A stretch of 64,000 nucleotides of DNA from Sphyrna mokarran (GCA_024679065.1 JAGIQG010000020.1:38192001-38256000); one strand, 5' to 3'; numbered from the stretch's first letter, positions 52,341 through 63,884 are shown. Numbers and translations: made by a program. The notes: generated by a model not told the origin, from the sequence alone.

Positions 52341-53448
52341 GTGGAGAAGGTTGTGAAGAAAGCATATAGTATGTTAGCCTTTATATGAAGGGGTATAGAG
52401 TACAAGAGCTGGCCTTTAATGTTGCAGTTGTATAAAACGCTGGTTAGACCTCATTTGGAATACTGCATCCAGTTCTGGTCGCCTTACTACCAGCAGGACA
52501 TGGAGACTCTGGAGAGAGTGCAGAGGAGGTTTACCAGGATGCTGCCTGGTATGGAACGTCTGAGTTACGAGGAGAGATTAGGCAAATTGGGACTGTTTTC
52601 CTTAGAAAGACGTAGACTTAGAGGAGATCTAATAGAGGTGTACAAGATTATGAGGGGTAGAGATAGGGTAAACAGGGTTAAGCTTTTTCCTAGGATGGAC
52701 TTGAATAGCACGAGGGGTCACGGGCTTAGGATGAGGGGGGTAAGGTATAATTTGGATGCTAGAGGGAGTTTTTTCACACAGAGGGTGGTGCAGGTATGGA
52801 ATGCGCTGCCAAGTAAAGTGGTGGAGGCAGGTAGTCTGGAGTTATTTAAGAAATACTTAGATGGGCACATGAACAGAATGGGAATGGAGGGGTATAGAAA
52901 ACTGATTTAAAATCGGGACCACGAGCCTTGGGAGTCCCTGGGAAGTGTGTAAATAGATGATGATATTGATGTACTTGTTTATATCCTACAGGTGCTTTGG
53001 TCCACCTTGTTGTCTAACAAGGGGCATACACGCGATGGGTCATGAGAGGACTGCTCTTGGATCTTTTTCGAGAGTATCCTACTGCTTCACATTGTTAGTG
53101 CATGCTTGACCTGGACCATCTGATGGGTAACATGACAGCTCAGTGACTATCTCTGTGCTGTGCAGATACATGGATTTGGGCCTGTGTCATATGCCATGTT
53201 TGCATATTCTCCCCGTGCTTGCGTGGGTTTTCTCCGGGCGCTCCGGTTTCCTCCCACATCCCAAAAATGTGCTCTTAGGCTAATTGGCAAAACAAATTCT
53301 CCCTAAATTGTCTCAAATTTGGTTTTTAATCCACAGATCTACAAACATGGACAGGGATCGCAGGTAGAGGTGCGGACATCGGTGTGGCGGCGCGGGCTCG
53401 TTGGGCTGAACGGCCTGTTTCCCGTGCTGTTTTGTTCTTTGTTCTTTG
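52341..53448 (+). mobile_element. 5'-truncated CR1 LINE with intact ORF2 C-terminus and about 540-nt V-SINE-containing 3' UTR
   Basis: ORF 52419-52910 LYKTLVRPHLEYCIQFWSP...LERRRLRGDLIEVYKIM; ends in (TTTGTTC)n. Confidence 0.95.
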
Positions 53449-54037
53449 AATGATAGTATAATTCAACAAGTGAATTGACCACACAGTGGAGTTTATCCTT
53501 TTACCGCACTGTATTAACTTAACATTATTACAATTATAGAGCTTTTGCTTGAGCTCTTCCCTGCTTGGTTGATGATCTTTCACTACAAAGCTACTACAAA
53601 TTTTTTTTTACTCAGAACTTCCAACTCACTGAAGAGTCTTTAGGCTAAAACTCGCACTGAAAACTCTGCTCATATTTTACAGTTGTAATAAATTCCGCCA
53701 CTGTTGCTGACACAATCAACAATGTTCTAAATTTTTAAAAAACCCCACAACATTCTAAAAAATAAGTCATTTTGCCCTTTCTCCCAACTTTGACAAATTC
53801 TTTAAAAAAATTTTCAGAATTTATATCCAGATCTGCACCTTTGCCAAAAACAAATGTTCTTTCTTGGGCCATATTCTATGTACTAAGTTTTGTTGTTAAA
53901 TGTCCATTAGTTTTTGAGACATATTGTTTGCAGCCAAACGGATTAATAAATGAGTGAAAATATTACTCCTGCCCACAATCAATGGCTGAGGTAATGATTA
54001 AACTACCTTACATAATCAAGAAAATAGCCTTTTCTTT

Positions 54038-54325
54038 TGGACAACACAATGGTTAGCTTTGCTGCCTCTCACTGCCAGGGACGCAGTTCATTTCCAGCCT
54101 CAAGTCACTGTCTATGTGGAGTTTGCACATTTTCCCCGTGTCTGCATGGGTTTCCTACACTAGTCCAAAAACTTTTATCAACCCTTTATCAATTAAAGGT
54201 TGATAAATTGACTCTTAGTGTCGGGGGGATTAACAAGGTAAATATGTGTGGTTACAGGAATAGGGTCTAGGTAGGATGGTGGTTGGTGCAGAATCAATGG
54301 GTCAAATGGCCTCATTTTGCACTCC
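54038..54325 (+). mobile_element. V-SINE (HE1-like), degenerate
   Basis: Head, V-domain tgtggagtttgcacattttccccgtg, and tail. Confidence 0.8.
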
Positions 54326-54494
54326 ACTGAGTCTGGATCCTAAGAAATGCATATTGATCTTATTTGAAAACAATATTTAATCACATTAGCAACAGTTCAG
54401 GGAAGGCTCACATCCTTCATTCCTGGGATGAGAGGTTTATCTTATCAAGGAAGGTTGAACAGGTTGTTCCTAAATCCAGTTGAGTTTACAAGAA

Positions 54495-56700
54495 ACATTG
54501 AAACATAGAAAATCAGAGCAGGAGTAGGCCATTCAGCCCATTCAATCTGCTTCACTATTCAATGTGATCATGGATGATCCTCTATCTCAATGCCATACTC
54601 CTGTTCTCTCCCCATACTCCTTCATCCTTGAGTGCACAAAGATGTGCAGGTTAGATGAACTAGCTAGACTGAATTGTCCCTTATTGTCCGAAGATGTGTA
54701 GGATTAGCTAGCTATGATAAATCTATATATTTCTTCCTGAAATGTGTTCAGCAATTTTGCCTCCACAGCCAAAGGTAAAGAACTGCACAGGTTCACCACG
54801 CTGAGAATAGAAATTTCTCCTAATCTCTGACCTAATTGGCTTAGTCATCTCTGACCTAATTGGCTTATTCTGTATCCTAAGACCCTAACTCTTTATTCTA
54901 GACCCCTACACCCCCAAACAAGAGAAACACGATCCTGCATCCAGACTTTCCAGCCCTGTCAGAATTTTATACCTTACAATGAAATCCCTCTCATTCTTCT
55001 AAAGTCCAATGAATACAGGCCTGATCAACTCAATCTCTCTAACAACAATCTTGACTTCACAAGAATTAATCTGCCGAATCTTTAATGAACTCCCTCTGCA
55101 ATTATATTTTTTCTTAGGTAAAGAGACCAAAACTGCACATAATACTCAAGGTGTGGTTCACCAAGGCCTTGCACAGATGCAGTGAGAAATCCTTGCTCCT
55201 GTACTCAAATCCTCTTGCAATGAAGGCCCACATACCATTTGTCTTCCTAATTGCTTGCTTTCAGTAATTGATCGCAACTACACCAGAGTCCCTTTGTACA
55301 CCAACATTTCCCAATCCATCACAATTTACATAATACTCTGCCACTCCACTTTTTCTACTGAAGTGGATAACATCACACATGTTATGCTGCATCTGTCATG
55401 TACTTACCTACTCAACGTGTCTAAATTGACTTGAAGTCTCTATTTCCTCCTCACCACTCACAACTCCACTTAGCTTTGTGTCATCAGCAAATTTGTAAAT
55501 ATTACATTTGATTCACTCATCCAAATCATTGAAATGCTTTGTGAATAACTGGGGACCAAGCACTGAAACCTGTGGTACCCCAGTGGTTACCGATTTCCCC
55601 CTCAAAAAAGACCTGTTTATTCCTACTCTTGTCTACTAACCAATTCTCAATCCGTGCCAATATATTACTCCCAATCCCATGTACTTTAATTTTGCACACT
55701 AACCTCTTAATGTGACTTCATTAAAAGCTCTCTGAAAATCACCCGTATTGACTGATCTTCCCTTATCTATTCTACTAGTTATGTGCTCAAAAAATTCCAG
55801 TAAATTTGTCAAACATGATTTCCCTTCATAAATTCATGTTGACCTTGCCTGATCACATAGGAAATAACAAAGTGTCCCATTATCACATCTTTATAAGAGA
55901 GACTAGCATTTTTCCAATTACTGACGTTAGGCTAACCGGTCTGTAATTTCCTGAGTGCTCCCTCCTTTCTTAAATAGTGGGGTTACATTTGGCACCCTTC
56001 AATCTGCTGAGACTGTTCCGGAATTTACAGAATTTTGGAAGGTGCCATCAGCAGATCCACTATTTCTATAACCAACTCTTTATGTACCCTGGGTTGGAGA
56101 TTATCAGACCCTGGGAATTTATCAATTATCAGTCCTATTAATTACTCCAACATTATTCTTTTATTAATATTAATTTCCTCCAATTCCTCCTCCCTACTGG
56201 CTCCTTGCTTCCCTAAAACTTCAGGGGAGTTATTTGTGGCTTCTTCTGTGAAGACAGAATGAATGTAGTTGTTTAATTGTTCTGCCATTTCCTCCTCCTT
56301 CCATTTCAGACTCCCATTTGTCTTCATTAATCTTTTTCTTTTCATATATTTATAGAAGCTTTTACAGTCCACTATGTTCCTTGCAAGTTTACTCATGCTC
56401 TATTTTTCTCCTCTTAATCAATCTTCCAATCCTCAGGCTTGCTCCTTTTTCTAGCAACTTTCTACAATTCCTTTTTGGATCTAAATTTATTTTGTTATTG
56501 ATGGTTGGATTACATTGCTGGTTGGGTTTTTGCACCAGAAAGAAATGTATGGTTGGAATGATTATATTTTTTCCTTAAATATTAGCCATTGCCAATCCAC
56601 CATCATGCCTGTCAATGAAATTATCCAATCTATCACAGCTGATATATCAATCACGCTCATATCTTTGCAATTTCCATTGTTTGGGTTTAGGACTCTAATT
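54495..56700 (-). mobile_element. Degenerate CR1 LINE (RT region) with a small V-SINE fragment inserted at about 54630-54715
   Basis: Minus ORF KLARNIVDCKSFYKYMKRKR; 3' tail gaaacatagaaaatcagagcaggagtaggccattcagccc. Confidence 0.85.
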
Positions 56701-57029
56701 TTGGATTTGAGATTGCTATCAGGTCAGTCATGATCTTATTGAATGGCAGAGCAGGCTTGAAGGGCTGATTGACCAACTCCAGTTCCCAAGTCCTATATTC
56801 CTATTTTTTTTTTAATAATTGTAATTCTCTTGAGCTCTGCATTCCTCTGATTCTAGTTTCCTGTGCACCCTTTAATGCAGTAAGAAGTCTCATAACACCA
56901 GGTTAAAGTTAAATGGGGAAAATTTCATGGCCACTAAAGGATGATGTGGAGATGCTGGTATTGGACTGGGGTAAGCACAGTAAGAAGTCTCACAATACCA
57001 GGTTAAAGTCCGACAAGTTTATTTGGTAG

Positions 57030-57071
57030 CACAAGCCACAAGCTTTCAGAGTGCTGCCCCTTCATCAGGTG
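57030..57071 (-). ncRNA. Minimal type I hammerhead-ribozyme-like motif
   Basis: CAC-CTGATGA-AGGGGCAGCACTCT-GAAA-GC-TTGTG-GCT-T-GTG: intact core, 4-bp stem II, 3-bp stem III, 3-bp stem I. Confidence 0.55.
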
Positions 57072-57494
57072 AGTTGGAGTTCTGTTCACAAACAGGGCAT
57101 ATAAAGACACAAATTCAAATTTATAAAATAATGGTTGGAATATGAGTCTTTACATATAATCAAGTCTTAAAAAGTACAGACAATGTGAGTGGAGAGAGGG
57201 TTAAGCACAGGTTAAAGAGATATGTATTATCTCCAGCCACGAGGACAGCCTCAACCGGGATCTTGGGCTCATGTCACACGATCTGTAACCCCATGATTTG
57301 CCCGGGCTTGCAAAATCTCACTAACTGTCCTGGCTGGAGACAACACATCTCTTTAACCTGTGCTTAACCCCTTCTTCACTTAGATTGTCTGTACCTTTAA
57401 GACTTGATTACCTGTAAAGACCCGCATTCCAACCATTATTTTGTAAATTAAGTGTGTGTCTTTATATGTCCTGTTTGTGAACAGAACTCCCACT

Positions 57495-57536
57495 CAACTG
57501 ATGAAGGGACAGCGCTCTGAAAGCTTGTGGCTTGTG
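57495..57536 (+). ncRNA. Minimal type I hammerhead-ribozyme-like motif
   Basis: CAA-CTGATGA-AGGGACAGCGCTCT-GAAA-GC-TTGTG-GCT-T-GTG; stem I has a mismatch next to the core. Confidence 0.5.
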
Positions 57537-58845
57537 CTACCAAATAAACTTGTCGGATGTTAATCTGGTGTTGTGAGATTTCTTACTGTGCTTACCCCAG
57601 TCCAATACCAGCATCTCCACATCATTTTTTAGTGGCCATGTAATTTCCCCCAGTTAGACTGAACATTCTAGAATTCCTTCCTCCAACCTTTCCAGATTTC
57701 CTTCAACTTACCTTAAACATCATTACATGACATCATTAACAAAGCTCTTACTCACCCCTCCTAATGCCATCTTGACCTGGCACGCATTTTTCTCTGATGA
57801 GGCATCCATGAAGCATCCCTGGGTGTTTGTGTGCACTATTGAGTTCGAAGTAGATCTCAGAGTCGTTGTGCTGCAATCAATTTCCGGATTGCAAAGGGCA
57901 AGATCATCAAGGGTGGAATTCCCACTGTCTGTCAGCTGGAAGTCCATGTGTGACTGTCAATCAAGTTCAGCAGCAAAATCAACCCCCAACTTCGTCAAAT
58001 AGCCTGTCAAGGCTCACAAAGAATCAGCAGACCTAATTGGTGCAATATTGATGATTTCACTGTGGAGGTTGGGGTTGGCAAGGAGTCAAATTCATTCAGA
58101 ATTTGGAAGTGGGGAGGAAAAAGAGTGGGCAGGTGGAAGAAAACTAACAGGGAAACATGAGACAAATAATAAGTCAATCATTTAATGCACATGAGATTTT
58201 ATTAATATAATAGTGGATTAAAAATATAAATAAAAACTTTCAGACTCTATAGTGTTATTCTTTTTTCATAATCATTGCTTTGAAAATAAAATGTCACACA
58301 CACAGTACAAAAAGCTGGAAGGCTTTTAATAAACTTGAACATTATATCACAAACATCAATAATTCAGTCTGAAAGCCAGTAAAAAGACACTCATTGGCTT
58401 CTCAGGCTGGGTTTCAGAGCCATCAACTCTACAAGTAAATTGGCAATTAATCAGTTGAATGGTTATACTAGAAGCGCTTCTAAAAGTTTAAATCACCTGA
58501 AATTTAAATAGTTATAAAGCAGTCCTTAGTGTTATACACCTTCTCAGGAGCATTTAGAGACAGGTGATGCATGCTAGCGTAGCTGGTGACACCTACATCC
58601 TGAGAAAAAAATAACACAAGCAGCAGCTGTGAACAATTACGACTGCTAATTAAGTAAGGATATATTTCACACACACAATCTTCAGGTGGAGCGACAGAGC
58701 AGTGGGAATACTTCTGGGTAAACCCAAATGACACTAAAGACTTCCATTGCTGTTTATAGAGAGCTACAACTTCAAAACTCAAGATGCTCAATATTTTATG
58801 AAAGATGTTAGCTTGATTTCTCTCAACTTTTTCACTTCCCAGTTT

Positions 58846-59149
58846 ATAGAATCCTACGGTGCTGAAAGAGGCCATTTGGCCCATTGAATCTACACCAACC
58901 ACAATCCCACCCAAGCCCTATCCCCATATTCACCCATTAATCCCTCTAACCTGTGCATCCCAGGATACTAAGGACAATTTAGAATAGTCAATCAACCTAG
59001 CCCGCACATCTTTGGACTGTGGAAGAAAACCCACGCAGACACAGAGAGAATGTGCAAATTCCACACAGACAGTGACCTGATCCAGGATTCAAACCCAGGT
59101 CCCTGGAGAGCTGTGAAGCACCAATGTTAAGCAGTGTGCTGCGTTGCCG
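58846..59149 (-). mobile_element. V-SINE (HE1-like)
   Basis: Reverse complement of head, V-domain and CR1-type tail. Confidence 0.85.
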
Positions 59150-59284
59150 CTCAGTTTATGTTCATACAACTAACTCTGGCTGAGCAAAAAGATTTGAAAT
59201 CTGTTTTAACATTGCATCCTGCCTATCAAAGGGTGTACTCAAACAAAAGGTTCCAATGGTGTGGCCCAAATGGCCTTACCTTGT

Positions 59285-59570
59285 TAAAGTTTATTCAGTA
59301 GTGTCACAGTTAGGCTTACATTAACACTGCAATTAAGTTACTGTGTAAATTCCCCCAGTCGCCATACTCCAGGCCTATTCGGGTACACTGAAGGAGACTG
59401 TAGCATGGCCAATGCACCTAACCAGCACGTCTTTTGGACTGTGGGAGGAAACCAGAGCAGCCAGAGGAAATCTAAGCAGACGCGGGGAGAACACGCAGAC
59501 TCCACACAGACGGTGACCCAAGGCGGGAATCGAACCCAAGTCTCTGGAGCTGTGAGACAGCAGTGCCGCC
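59285..59570 (-). mobile_element. V-SINE, second tail type
   Basis: Similar to the reverse complement of 50263-50524. Confidence 0.85.
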
Positions 59571-60453
59571 CCTTTGAAATGAATGATAGGAAAAATTAAA
59601 TTTAGTCTGTTTTTAACTGTAAAGCAAACAAATTGAATCCAATAAAAACAAAATACTGTGAGTGCTAGATGTGACCTTTCCCCTCTAACTCAACTCCCCC
59701 ATTCCTTTTCATTTTCTGGTGTTCAATTCCCCTGCTCATCCCAACATAACCCCACCGCTCCCTCACAGGGCCACTATTCTTGTTAGGGTTTGCTCCCATT
59801 GAGCACTGACCGCTGTTCTCTTATTCACATATTCTGCTGTCCTACCTTTGTCATTATTAACTCTTTAGCCCCTAATGGATCATTAGCAATCTCTTGTCTC
59901 ATGCCAGTGAAATCTTTGTCAATTTCTCTTCAACTCTGACATATCACTATCTTTCCATTCTGCCCCACCCACTGTGGAGTCAGTGTTTGTTTCAATGTGG
60001 TCATTAATGTATAAAATAGATACTTGTCGGGTGAATAAAATTAAACACTTCCAATTTAATGCTGAGAATTTAAACACCACAGCACTAAATTTGAAAAGAT
60101 GTTCTGAGCGTGTTTATTGAAAATGTGCACAGTGACTTTTTAAAGACTTACAGCTCTCAGCTAAGGAAAAACTTATAAAATTCGCATCAAAAACATAATT
60201 ATCATTAACCTCATGTTTAAACATGTTATCTGAATTTAGTTATCCTTCAGAACGTTAAATTAAAAAGTTTAAAAATATTTTGCTTTGATGTTTAGACATT
60301 CATCAATGGTTTTGAAATCTCCCATTTAAACTCTGTTGAATTGAATTAATCACATTAAATCAAGGCTGTTTCCTTCCAATATAGTTTCCAAACTTTATTA
60401 TCATTCTTATTCCAAGCACCAATGTCAATCTTCCATCTTGCACACTCTCTCAG

Positions 60454-60706
60454 TAAAGTTTATTTATTAATCACAAGTAAGGCTTATATTAATACTGCAA
60501 TGAAGTTATTGTGACACTCCCCTAGTTGCTGCACTCTGGTACCTGTTCAGATTAATATACCTAATCTGCATGTCTTTCAGACTGTGGGAGGAAACCAAAG
60601 CACCCATAAGAAACCCACACAGACATGGGGAGAAGGTGCAAACACCTCACAGATAGTGACCCTAGCTGGGAATCGAACACAGATCGCTGGTGCTGTGAGG
60701 CACTAG
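60454..60706 (-). mobile_element. V-SINE, second tail type
   Basis: Similar to the reverse complement of 50263-50524. Confidence 0.85.
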
Positions 60707-61177
60707 CTCCTTCTTCAGTTCCTATCTGTTTCCACCTTCCCTTCAGGTTAAAAATGTCAGACGGAGCAAAGATCTGGGTCACAAAAACCAAAGCAAAACC
60801 TTTACTAAATAATAGCTAGTGTGACTTCCCAGCCCAAAAAAGAAAATGAGGCAACATAGTAATGGTAATTCCTAACCTAAGAAGAAGGCAAGAAACTGAA
60901 GGCCATTAGGAGAATGAGTGAATGGTGAAATTGATCATTGTTGTACTTCTAGACTGCCAATGTAATGCTTACACATATACTTCCAACAAGAATTAAAAAC
61001 CTTCAAACACAAGACACCATAATGAAATCTTTCTGTCCTATATATCTACCTGACCATTTGATAACCAGGAAAAGTGGTCCATTACAGCAAAAAAACGATG
61101 AATTATATTCAGCTAGTCTTGCAAAGAAATGGTGAAGATGCAGTAATTCAAACAAAAAGATCAAAATGTGCTATGTA

Positions 61178-61183
61178 TTTAAT
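61178..61183 (-). promoter_or_regulatory. Candidate TCHP poly(A) signal ATTAAA
   Basis: Minus strand TGTAcaatATTAAA followed by a U/GU-rich tract (ttttgatctttttgtttg). Confidence 0.4.
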
Positions 61184-61749
61184 ATTGTACATCTGGTAAG
61201 ATTTTCCAAAATGTCTGAACTCATGGTGTCAGTTTCCAAACTCCCCATTGCCCTACTTTCCTTGCATGTTGCTTCTTGTTGTTAGGAAGACAGAGAACAT
61301 GGTTAATAGTGCTGTTTGGTCAAATTTGAATGAAGTGTATTTGAACAATGTGAGTAGGGAATTTTGCATTCTTTTCTTCTCCTGCTTTTCCATTTCCCTG
61401 CTGAATGCCCTGGCCAAAACCTGTCAGTTTTTTCTTGTACTTCGTAGAAGCCCTGCTGCAAATATTAGTTACAACTGGGACTTAAGTCTCCCTGGTTCAG
61501 AGTCCACGAACTAATTTTGCCACAATCATTCACAACTCCTCGAAATGAGGAATCTGACAACCGATGTCTTTCCAATTTGTAATTCAGGAAGCAACATTAT
61601 TTACCTACTGCAAAATGAGAGAAATATAATGAATCTGAATCTCTCAGAACCTGGATGAAAGGAATTGAGAATTACATCTGGATCCACAGGATATTGACAG
61701 CAGCAAAGCATGGATTTAGCGTATCAACTTCCCACGAACACCTACCAGA

Positions 61750-61999
61750 GATAGAACAATTTCCTGGAATCCCTACAGTACAGGAGGCTGTTCAGTCCAT
61801 CAAGTCAGTACTGATCACAATACCAACCAGGTTCTTTACCTCACTAATCCCCCTAACACTTGGATCAATTTAGCACGAGCAATCAATCTAACCCACACAT
61901 CTTTGGAGAAAGTGCAAACTCCAAAGTCAGTAACCCAAAGCTGGAATTGATCCTGGGTTCTTGGCACTGTGAGGCAGCTGTGCTAATCACTGTGCCACC
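61750..61999 (-). mobile_element. V-SINE (HE1-like) within the probable TCHP 3' UTR
   Basis: Reverse complement of head ggtggcacagtgattagcacagct, plus tail. Confidence 0.8.
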
Positions 62000-62314
62000 G
62001 GACAATCTCTCATATAATGATCCATATTTACTATGTACTAATGACAAGCCAGCAACTTATGGAGCAAATGATGTCCTTAGATGGTTAAATAACTCTATGG
62101 TTTTACATGAACTCCAGCCTAAATTTCCGAGTTGAGTTTCTCCTTCAATTAAGTACAAATTATCTACAACATCCATTACATAAAGGGAGTGAAGACTTGG
62201 CTTTGTCTCGCTGTGTTGAGAGGTCAAGTAATGTGGATTTGATCCAGATACTCAATCCATTCCAAGGTAAGACTCACATTTCACAAACCAGTCTTATATT
62301 TCTCAGCTTCTGAG

Positions 62315-62347
62315 CTATGTCCAGGCTATTCTTGGTCGGTGGAACAT
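62315..62347 (-). CDS. TCHP: TCHP terminal coding exon, MFHRPRIAWT*
   Basis: Minus strand ttattag|ATG TTC CAC CGA CCA AGA ATA GCC TGG ACA TAG; resembles TCHP C-terminal P(K/R)IAW. Confidence 0.88.
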   Translation of the reverse strand: MFHRPRIAWT

Positions 62348-62480
62348 CTAATAAAATATAAAACAGGAGCAATAAAAGTCATGTTTTCACTTTAAAACTG
62401 GATAACTTAGAGTACTAGATACCACTTTCAACTGAGCTACTGCAATGCGCCAGGTATCTATTTTCAATATGCATTGTTAC

Positions 62481-62624
62481 CTTTGGCTCATAGCCTCGCT
62501 GCCTCATCAGCTTAGCCTCACGTTGAAACATCTCTTCCTGTTCTCTCTCTGCAAGCCTTTCTTCATTTTCTCCTTCCTGTTGGCGTTGCAACTCTTCCAA
62601 CTCCTGCCTCCGCCGTTCTCCAAC
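62481..62624 (-). CDS. TCHP: TCHP coding exon, VGERRRQELEELQRQQEGENEERLAEREQEEMFQREAKLMRQRGYEPK
   Basis: Minus strand acacag|GTT GGA...CCA AAG|gtaaca; 144 nt. Confidence 0.92.
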
Positions 62625-63169
62625 CTGTGTCAGAAAAATGAAAAACAAGTATTTACCAGTCCTATGTCATCCACTGCATTTATTCATTATTTATTGATAA
62701 AATGAAAGGCCATTGTGCAATGTTGAGGATTGTAGCAAGCTCTCTGGATTTTAAGTAGACCTATAGGACTTTTCTGAAAATGAGGAAGGAGAGTAATGTG
62801 GGCAAATATGGAAATGTGGCCTCAGATTTCTTCTTTTCCCTTCTGCTATAAAGCAACAGAAAAGTCTTTGACTTCTCATTGTTCCATCAATTGTGTGAAG
62901 AAACAGGAGTAAATCTAGATTTTACTTGTGGAACTATGCGGCTTTCTCCTGCGGACTCACTGAAGCAAATTTATCATCAATTGGTGCTGTGACTAAAATC
63001 AGCTAACATCACGAACCAGGCGAATAATTTTTGGTTACACGCTATTCTCAAAATCTCTGAGGGACAATGCATTACACAGTGTATAATGAACCACTTAATT
63101 ATGAACAATAAAAGAACATCCAGTGTCAGGTGATTACTGCCTATTTATCAATGGAACTGTAGAACAAAC

Positions 63170-63355
63170 CTGTGCTGCAAGCTCCAGTTTGCGAGCTGTT
63201 TTCACCTCCTCCTCTTCCTCCTTCTCTCGTTTCGCCGTTTCCTTCATTTCCTCCAGCTCCCGGATCAGCTCCTCGCGACGCTGAACAGATTCTTCCTGAG
63301 CACGTCGATTCATCTCAATCTTATCCAGGATTTGCCGTTGTCGCCCTACAAGTAC
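63170..63355 (-). CDS. TCHP: Trichoplein (TCHP) coding exon, [62 protein letters not shown]
   Basis: Minus strand ttgttag|GTA CTT...GCA CAG|gtttgt; 186 nt, phase 0-0; similar to human [27 protein letters not shown]. Confidence 0.92.
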
Positions 63356-63884
63356 CTAACAAGCGATGACCACATTAAATACTCCCATTTAAACAAACTG
63401 TACTTGACAGGTGAGGTATATGTGATACTTTCCAGTTTAGGCTTTCAAGTCAAGTAATGTCCCTTTTGACCCAGTCTAACTTTAAGCCTAACTCCATAAG
63501 AGCATCCCAATTGCACAGGTGTGATTTTTTTCCGTTTCTCACACCAGTCAGTCTATGAGCTCTCTGAGTGACTTTACAATTTAATATTATTTGGTCTCCT
63601 ACAAATTTGGGGGCAGTTTTGTCCTATTCTCATTTTGCACTTTCAGCAGAAGAGAATCTTGTCTGATTATTTTCAGCCATCTGTGCAATGTATTCAGGTA
63701 TTCCATCCATCTCCTGAAAAAGTAACATGAAAAGTCAGAAGCGCTCTGGAAGAATTCTCGGAACAACATGCCAATAAGAAAATGTACAGGGCCAGCATTT
63801 CTTGACTATTTCTAATTGCCCTTTAACGGGTGGCTTGCTAAGCCATTTCAGAGAGCAGTTAAGCATCAATCACATTACTGAGAG

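Larger units (their letters stand above)
56878..57659. mobile_element. Penelope-like element remnant: inverted pLTR, ORF C-terminus, direct pLTR
   Basis: About 330-bp inverted repeat (56910-57239 vs 57331-57659); spacer encodes HEDSLNRDLGLMSHDL*, resembling the GLN motif at the end of PLE GIY-YIG domains. Confidence 0.85.

Noticed and set aside
54823-54867. Tandem duplication of tctctgacctaattggctta
   Set aside because: Local slippage inside a decayed CR1; no functional indication.
57723-58002. Overlapping 74- and 91-aa ORFs downstream of the Penelope element
   Set aside because: No recognisable protein similarity or exon structure.
63172-63369. Proline-rich + strand ORF
   Set aside because: Antisense reading of the Glu/Arg-rich TCHP exon.
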